Notes under the pieces: model-generated
Databases searched by the model: none
What the model was told of the DNA's origin: nothing
What the model saw: the letters and a program-made list of their open reading frames with translations, nothing else
From: Blastocatellia bacterium
GTDB taxonomy: Bacteria > Acidobacteriota > Blastocatellia > Pyrinomonadales > Pyrinomonadaceae
Direction: 5' to 3'
Length of the DNA stretch: 64,000 bases
Assembly: GCA_040289905.1 (NCBI GenBank)
Contig: PSMA01000012.1
Location: forward strand, 374 to 64,373
Part shown: in pieces, positions 58,476 to 64,000 of the stretch
How positions within the stretch are numbered: position 1 is the first letter of the stretch
How the letters are laid out: each line of letters begins with the position of its first letter
Program-made: the position numbers and the translations under genes

Positions 58476-59420
58476 TCAATAATAATAGCCTTTCGGATGA
58501 TCGATTCGAACGGCCGGATTCGTGCTGCGGACCTCGACGCGGTGATACCCGCGCTTCATATTTGTCGAAAGATAAGTTAGGAGAAATTGGCGATTGAGCA
58601 ACAAGCTCAAGTCCTTGAAGAACGGTACGAAACTGATAGGCGCAATATTTCCTTGAAAAAACGCTCGACCGCCGGTTTCAGCCGAAAGCCGCAGCAGCGA
58701 GCTTTGGCCATTGAGTATAGCCTGCGGTCCGGCGCGCTCGGTTATCTCCGTCGGCGAATAAATAGTAAAAACTGCAACACTTCGCCGTTGTGCGGCTAAA
58801 ATTGCGCGATCTAGTGCAACGCTTTGCGTAGGTGCTGATTCTCCGATTCCGTTTGAGATGTCGAGTCCATCGGAAACGAGCAAAATCGCACGCCGGCCGG
58901 CCGGTAAGGCATCGAAGCGATTTAGTACCTCTGATACGGCATCAAAGGGAGTTCTTGGCGAGAGGGCTATACTGGATGCAACCGGACGAATCGCGGCAGC
59001 TGCGCGGGTAAGGTCCGTCGTAAATTTTTGTGCAATTTGGGTTGTACCGCCGCGCGAATATGCAACCATCACGCGCGTGCCTCGAGGAAGCCTCGTGATA
59101 AATTCCTTCAAATCCTTGATCTGAAGATTGAAGTTCGGCGTCAGATCTTCCTGGATGATGAAAGCAAGCGCCATCGGCGCCTCGTCGATGCTTCGGATAG
59201 AAAGTATCTGCTGTTCCATTTTGTCTTCGAGGACGATCAATCGGTCGACCGGCACGATCTCTTCGCGGCGGTCGCCGGCAAGCTCACCTTTTATGTATAT
59301 CGAAATCGGTATCGAAACGGTCCGAACCGTTGGCTTCGGCACTTTTTGGGCGCTCCCGATACCGAATGCTGCGAGGACGAACAAGGGAACAATTGCAATG
59401 CCAAAAGATTTTGCTTTCAT
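58476..59420 (-). CDS. Secreted VWA-like protein of the VWFA-related acidobacterial-domain type
   Basis: 314 aa with a signal peptide. The layout (LIVLEDKMEQQI..., ALAFIIQEDL, PFDAVSEVL, RRAILLVSDGLD, VAVFTIYSP) matches my memory of the TIGR03436-type domain. Confidence 0.6.
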   Translation of the reverse strand: MKAKSFGIAIVPLFVLAAFGIGSAQKVPKPTVRTVSIPISIYIKGELAGDRREEIVPVDRLIVLEDKMEQQILSIRSIDEAPMALAFIIQEDLTPNFNLQIKDLKEFITRLPRGTRVMVAYSRGGTTQIAQKFTTDLTRAAAAIRPVASSIALSPRTPFDAVSEVLNRFDALPAGRRAILLVSDGLDISNGIGESAPTQSVALDRAILAAQRRSVAVFTIYSPTEITERAGPQAILNGQSSLLRLSAETGGRAFFQGNIAPISFVPFFKDLSLLLNRQFLLTYLSTNMKRGYHRVEVRSTNPAVRIDHPKGYYY

Positions 59421-59537
59421 CTAATTGAACTGCCGCCGGTCTACGAGCGGAGAATTTCTTATTACATCAAACCAATCTTCGACCCGCATAGTTTGAATTA
59501 AAAATGTACTCTTTGTAAAGTTGAACCGGAACCAAAG

Positions 59538-60338
59538 ATGCCGAAAATACCCGAGGACGAAGCAATAACTGCCCGCGAGCTTGTACGCCGCAAAAACCTC
59601 CTGATTGCGGCCGCGGCGTCCCCGATTGTGCTTTCGTTATTACCTTTTCTATTGTTTGTCGTTCTTTCGTTGATTTTGACGGGAATGCCTGTCTTTGCCG
59701 TTTCGTCATTTCTTCTGGGATTTATCCTTGCGATTGTCGGTTTATTTATCGGAACCGGATTGACTGTTTATTTTCTCTTTAAACGGCGACGCTTTACTGT
59801 TGAGCTGAAAGAGCGAATTGCAGCCCGCGGTATTCCACCGAAATATGTCGATTGGTTTCGCGGGGAGATGCGGCCGGCCGAGCGTCGGGCCCTTGCTGCG
59901 ATGGCGACCGCCGATCCAATTCTCGAAGATGCCTACCGGGAGACACTCGCTTCTCGGCTGACTGCTTCGCGGATATTGCGCTCGGTTCGCTCGGAACTGG
60001 CCGCCGCGCGTCGGCGGGAAAACCGGCTTCGGCAGATTCCTCGGGCGAATGCGAAGCGGTTTCTCGTCGAAATCGAAAAAGACCGAAATAAAATCGAAGA
60101 AATTCAGGCAGAGGCAAAGGAGATGCTAGCGGAGGCCGAATCAAGGTTGCAAATGATTGAGGCGGCGGCGGCACGCGGCGGCAATCTTTCAGATATTCAG
60201 GTCGCCCTCGATAAGCTTGCGGGCCGAGCGAGAAGCCTTCCGATTGCTCTCGAAGCTGCTCGGATAAACGAAGATTTACTCACAGAGTTAGAAGACCCGA
60301 CAATGCTGAAACGAACCGAATCCGAGGAAATTCAATAA
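59538..60338 (+). CDS. Hypothetical membrane protein (3 TM) with an Arg/Glu-rich coiled-coil C-terminal half
   Basis: 266 aa. I recognise no family motif. Its 3' end overlaps the convergent gene by 7 nt. Confidence 0.4.
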   Translation: MPKIPEDEAITARELVRRKNLLIAAAASPIVLSLLPFLLFVVLSLILTGMPVFAVSSFLLGFILAIVGLFIGTGLTVYFLFKRRRFTVELKERIAARGIPPKYVDWFRGEMRPAERRALAAMATADPILEDAYRETLASRLTASRILRSVRSELAAARRRENRLRQIPRANAKRFLVEIEKDRNKIEEIQAEAKEMLAEAESRLQMIEAAAARGGNLSDIQVALDKLAGRARSLPIALEAARINEDLLTELEDPTMLKRTESEEIQ

Positions 60339-60787
60339 TTTCTCATTTGATAGTCACGCCAATCGTAAACGCCGTCGCCATTGAGGTCGGCGTGGCCCCC
60401 GTTTTGACTCAACATATGAGTAATCTCCGCCTGAGGGGCTCCAAGCAGCCTTAAGACGGCCAATTGATAGCTATTCGCTTCCGATTCAGCAGGCGTACCC
60501 GCCCGATATTTTCCCGATCGATACTGCCAGAAATGTACTGTTTCATGGATGAAGACGCTGGCTAGCCAGGTTTTCGATGAATTAAACGTAGCAGGTGCAA
60601 TATCGATCGCTCCATCCGCGAAATTTGCACCGCTACGTTTTGCGGCGCGGATCGTCAGGTCGTATTTGAGCATCCAGGAATAATATTGGCTCGCTTTGGT
60701 CTGAAGAAGTTCTAGGCAGTCGCCCGATTTTTTCGTAAATTGATCAGCAGGAATGATTCCATTGGTTCCGAGGATAACTATTGACAT
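60332..60787 (-). CDS. Small HExxH protein (putative minimal zinc metallopeptidase-like) with a C-terminal DxNxDG calcium-loop-like motif
   Basis: 151 aa with IHETVHFWQY and DLNGDGVYDWRDY. There is no signal peptide. AGGGGG lies upstream of the ATG. Confidence 0.4.
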   Translation of the reverse strand: MSIVILGTNGIIPADQFTKKSGDCLELLQTKASQYYSWMLKYDLTIRAAKRSGANFADGAIDIAPATFNSSKTWLASVFIHETVHFWQYRSGKYRAGTPAESEANSYQLAVLRLLGAPQAEITHMLSQNGGHADLNGDGVYDWRDYQMRNY

Positions 60788-60847
60788 TGCCCCCTACTTC
60801 CGGCAAATTTGCGGCCTTTGACGACCGAGAAGCAGCGAATTTGCCCT

Positions 60848-61078
60848 TGAAAAATAGAAAAGGCGAAAGTTACCGTCTTGGCCGTCTCCCGTACATGAAT
60901 TGAACCTGTATTTTACAGGTGGGCGGCCTCACATCTCACGATGCATTAGCCAGAATCTATGGCAATTCCTCCTTAGAGGATTGCACCGAAGCCGGCATCG
61001 GCCTCCCTCAATTCAAGTGTTGGCTCAATTATTTTTGTACCGGATAACGAACCACACAGTGATTGCTTTCGCCTCGAC
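60848..61078 (-). ncRNA. Structured RNA candidate, 6S (SsrS)-like rod with a large central bubble
   Basis: It lies just downstream of zapA on the same strand, the classic ssrS position. Long-range helices were read by hand. 61075-61066 pairs with 60869-60860 (10 bp). 61043-61037 pairs with 60894-60888, with extension. 61007-61000 pairs with 60928-60921. The bubble is about 29 by 26 nt. Four G-U pairs exist only on the minus strand. A U-run follows the 3' arm. No covariance model was run. Confidence 0.45.
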
Positions 61079-61165
61079 TATGCTAACACATCGCTACCGG
61101 CAAAGTATAGAAATGGAAAGCGACTTGCTATGTAGCAAAGGCTCATCCGAAATTAGTTTTAGGGA

Positions 61166-61513
61166 TTATTGTTCGGTCTCGAATTCCTGCGCCGCGGGCT
61201 CCTTGAATTTGAGAACTTTATCGAGCATTTCGGCGCATTCCGCGCTTCGTGCTGCAAGTTGTAGATCTGCTTGTTGCTGGGCGGCCAGGAGTTGGTGGTA
61301 TTCGTCTGCGATGTGAAGAGCTGCGAGAATCGCAACTTTTAGCGAATCGACTGTAAATGTGCCCGAGGAAATCTCGCGCATCTTATTGTCTACATATTCG
61401 GCAAGTTTAAGAATATATTCGTTGTCCCCGTCGGATCGGATACTGTAGGTTTGATTGTAGATCTCAACCCGGACTGTCTGCTCCGGCTCGTGCTTTTTCG
61501 GTGTTTCGGTCAT
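61166..61513 (-). CDS. zapA: Cell division protein ZapA
   Basis: 115 aa with VRVEIYNQTYSIRSDGDNEYILKLAEYVDNKMREI and LKVAILAALHIADEY. Its start overlaps the upstream stop (TAATG). Confidence 0.8.
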   Translation of the reverse strand: MTETPKKHEPEQTVRVEIYNQTYSIRSDGDNEYILKLAEYVDNKMREISSGTFTVDSLKVAILAALHIADEYHQLLAAQQQADLQLAARSAECAEMLDKVLKFKEPAAQEFETEQ

Positions 61514-61800
61514 TACGCGTGCCTCCCGATGGACTCGGCCGGCTCGACGTCCAGAATCGTCATTGCATCCAGCATTGCTTCAACCTTAATTTGAATTGCG
61601 TCACGCTCGGATAACAGAGCCGCAATTTTTTCCTCCAGTCGCGTGCGCTCGGCCTCAAGCTCGGCTGCAACGCGACGCAGCTTCTCTAGTTCGCGCTCGA
61701 TTGCGTCTTTCTCCTCGCGCATTCGCTTTGCATATTCGATCGTTAAATAGATTTTGTCCTCAAGGTGCGAGAACTTTTCCATTCCCGTTAGGCCGTTCAT
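61513..61800 (-). CDS. ZapB-like coiled-coil cell division protein
   Basis: 95 aa, an uninterrupted coiled coil (LEDKIYLTIEYAKRMREEKDAIERELEKLRR...) immediately upstream of zapA. Confidence 0.55.
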   Translation of the reverse strand: MNGLTGMEKFSHLEDKIYLTIEYAKRMREEKDAIERELEKLRRVAAELEAERTRLEEKIAALLSERDAIQIKVEAMLDAMTILDVEPAESIGRHA

Positions 61801-61911
61801 TGCGCAATCTCCACATTTAAGGGCTTTTTACTGAATCGCCAGGTTACCGATTATGTGTCCTTTTACGATAAAGTTCAAGTCTCCGCGCTGGAATACTGAC
61901 TATGAATTTAG

Positions 61912-63990
61912 TTACCGACGTTGGATACCTAGCTCGGCCTCAATTCCACGGATAAAAGCTTCGTGCGCCGCAGCTACGTCCTCGTCGGTCAGCGTCCTAT
62001 CGTCACTTCGATATTCGAAACGCATAGTCAGCGAACGCATTCCATCGGGCAGCCCAGCGCCGTCGAAAATATCGACAAAATCAACGTGACGAAGTATTTC
62101 GGGTCTTGAATGAGACGCAGTTCTGTTGAAGCGGTCAAGCGTTAGATCCGGAGAGACAAGGAACGAGACATCGCGAATTACCGACGGAAAGCGCGGAACC
62201 GGTTTGTAAATCGAGCGCTCAACTTTTGCGTTCAAAACTGCAGCAAGGTCGATCTCAGCTGCGTAGACTGGTTTGCGAAACTTGTATTCAGCGGCAATTT
62301 TTCCGTTCAACCGACCGATGTAGCCGATCTTTTCACTCCCGAGCCAAATCGCGGCGGTCTGTCCCGGAGTTAAATGCCTTACCTCGGCTTCGATAAATTT
62401 CAGCGACGGGGCGCCGATCGCCTCGATAACTGCCTCGAGAATGCCTTTGGCGTCAAAGAAATCAAGGTTACGCGTTGGCTCGGCTCGACCCGCGAGCATT
62501 TCGCCACCGGTGATTACCATCGCAAATGCCTCGCGTTCAAGCGGTAGCTCACCTGCCTTTCCAGCAGCGAAAATTGTTCCGATCTCGAACAGTTTCAGGT
62601 TGTTTTGCTGATGATTGAAATTCAGCCGGACGGCATCGAGCAAGCCGGGTAAAAGCGTCGGACGCATTCGGATTGCTCCTTCGATGACAGAATCACGAAG
62701 CGTTACGGGGCCGGCATTGGCTAACCGGGCTGCAAGAGAGGGAATTGCATCATAAAATGAGTCATTCCGTGTGTCGATAAAGCTATAAGTGATCGCTTCC
62801 CGACATCCATATTCGACGAGAACCTGCCGGAGCACGCGCTTTCGCTCTTCGCCTGCACGATATTGGCCGGCTCCAGTGCCCATCGCAATTTGGGAGCCGA
62901 TCTTATCGTAACCAAAATGGCGTGCAACTTCTTCGACAAGATCTTCTTTGATTGCTAAATCGTACCTCCATGTTGGCGGAAAGTATTCGCTATCGGACGG
63001 CTTACCGATGCCTAATCTTGAAAGAATCATGTCGGCTTCCGATTTGTCTACAGATAGCCCCGTCAAAGCTAAAACAGCCGCGGAGATGTCGGGAACGGTT
63101 ATAACTGTTCGATCCGGTTTAACGGGATAAATATCGATGATGTCTCCCGCGGAGCCTCCCGCGATCGACGTTATAAGCTCCGCCGCCCTGTTTGAGGCTC
63201 GGATGAGATTTTCAATGTCGACGCCGCGTTCAAATCGATAACTTGCCTCGGTAGTCAAACCGAGCCGACGCGATGTCCGACGGATCGATTCCCGTTTAAA
63301 ATACGCCACCTCCAAAAACACATTCTTTGTCTTCGGATCAATAGAGCTCGCTCGGCCGCCCATAACGCCCGCGATTGCCACCGGCTTTTCGGCGTCACAG
63401 ATTGCGAGCATTTCGGAATCGAGTTCGCGCTCGAGTTCATCTAGCGTAACAATTTTTTCACCTTCGCGCGCGCGCCGAACGACGATCCGCCCTTCGGAAA
63501 GCGTATCGAAATCAAAAGCATGCATCGGCTGCCCGAGCTCGTGCATAACAAAGTTTGTTACGTCCGCAACATTGTTGATGCTCCGCTCACCAATAGACTC
63601 GAGTCGGCGAACCAGCCAATCTGGTGACGGCCCAATCCGGACGTCGCGGATAATTCGGCCGGTAAAGCGATAACAAAGGTCCGCTGCCTCGATTTTGACA
63701 ACATCCGGCGCCAAGATTAGTGGAAAAGGAATTTCGTCGACGCTGACGGATTCGTCGGCCTGGGCTAAAAGTAATCGTGTCCCGTAGATAGCCGCGACCT
63801 CACGCGCAACGCCAAGATGCGAGAGACAATCCGGCCGATTCGACGTGAGATCGATGTCTAAAATCCAATCGTCTTGAAAGGCACTTATACCTTCGACGGC
63901 TAAACCCACGCGAGTCAAATCCTCGGCGAGCTGCTCGCAATCGGCGTCGAAATCGACGAGTGATTTAAGCCAGTTGAAACTAATGATCAT
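61912..63990 (-). CDS. pheT: Phenylalanine--tRNA ligase beta subunit (short form lacking the N-terminal OB/tRNA-binding insert)
   Basis: 692 aa with MIISFNWLKSLVD, B3/4 region GQPMHAFDFD, B5 region WRYDLAIKEDLVEEVARHFGYDKI, and the C-terminal FDX-ACB domain. The segment between ...AVEGI and ...DIDLTSNRPDCL is about 100 aa shorter than in E. coli PheT. Confidence 0.9.
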   Translation of the reverse strand: MIISFNWLKSLVDFDADCEQLAEDLTRVGLAVEGISAFQDDWILDIDLTSNRPDCLSHLGVAREVAAIYGTRLLLAQADESVSVDEIPFPLILAPDVVKIEAADLCYRFTGRIIRDVRIGPSPDWLVRRLESIGERSINNVADVTNFVMHELGQPMHAFDFDTLSEGRIVVRRAREGEKIVTLDELERELDSEMLAICDAEKPVAIAGVMGGRASSIDPKTKNVFLEVAYFKRESIRRTSRRLGLTTEASYRFERGVDIENLIRASNRAAELITSIAGGSAGDIIDIYPVKPDRTVITVPDISAAVLALTGLSVDKSEADMILSRLGIGKPSDSEYFPPTWRYDLAIKEDLVEEVARHFGYDKIGSQIAMGTGAGQYRAGEERKRVLRQVLVEYGCREAITYSFIDTRNDSFYDAIPSLAARLANAGPVTLRDSVIEGAIRMRPTLLPGLLDAVRLNFNHQQNNLKLFEIGTIFAAGKAGELPLEREAFAMVITGGEMLAGRAEPTRNLDFFDAKGILEAVIEAIGAPSLKFIEAEVRHLTPGQTAAIWLGSEKIGYIGRLNGKIAAEYKFRKPVYAAEIDLAAVLNAKVERSIYKPVPRFPSVIRDVSFLVSPDLTLDRFNRTASHSRPEILRHVDFVDIFDGAGLPDGMRSLTMRFEYRSDDRTLTDEDVAAAHEAFIRGIEAELGIQRR

Positions 63991-64000
63991 AAAAATCGCG

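Noticed and set aside
60900-61316. A 138-aa plus-strand ORF across the zapA-downstream spacer.
   Set aside because: It runs antisense into zapA and across the structured-RNA candidate. Its Cys/Ser/Arg-rich product has no motif. The RNA explanation fits better.
1-64000. A search by eye for CRISPR arrays, rRNA, integrase or phage genes, toxin-antitoxin pairs, reverse transcriptases and restriction-modification genes.
   Set aside because: I found none. There are no regularly spaced direct repeats and no ORFs with the corresponding motifs. Apart from the IS fragment, the window does not look like a mobile or defence island.

Overview
This 64-kb window looks like core chromosome from a moderately GC-rich bacterium. 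A VWFA-related acidobacterial-type domain protein, many TPR and secreted proteins, a C25 peptidase and a CarboxypepD_reg-like domain suggest Acidobacteriota, but I cannot verify taxonomy here. I can support about 58 protein genes, one tRNA-Arg(CCG), one structured-RNA candidate (6S-like, downstream of zapB-zapA) and an IS3-family transposase fragment at the left edge. There is also one clearly decayed gene (SCP/CAP type) and one gene pair separated by a single in-frame TGA. I saw no rRNA, CRISPR array, prophage or recognisable multi-gene defence island. Notable blocks are: imuA-imuB-dnaE2 plus an SRAP gene next to the IS fragment; def ... fmt-rsmB-(PASTA-only protein)-rpe; an AtuA-like acyl-CoA block; acnA; a cyclophilin-dtd-cyclophilin operon; and pheT-zapB-zapA. 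The best candidate for something undescribed is a 1177-aa N-terminal P-loop protein (26990-30523). Its motif layout recalls BREX BrxC/PglY or DUF6079 ATPases, but no other BREX gene is present. It heads a tightly spaced same-strand run that includes fur and two unknown, translationally coupled genes. This is a hypothesis from motif memory, not a demonstrated system. Most of the window is ordinary housekeeping.
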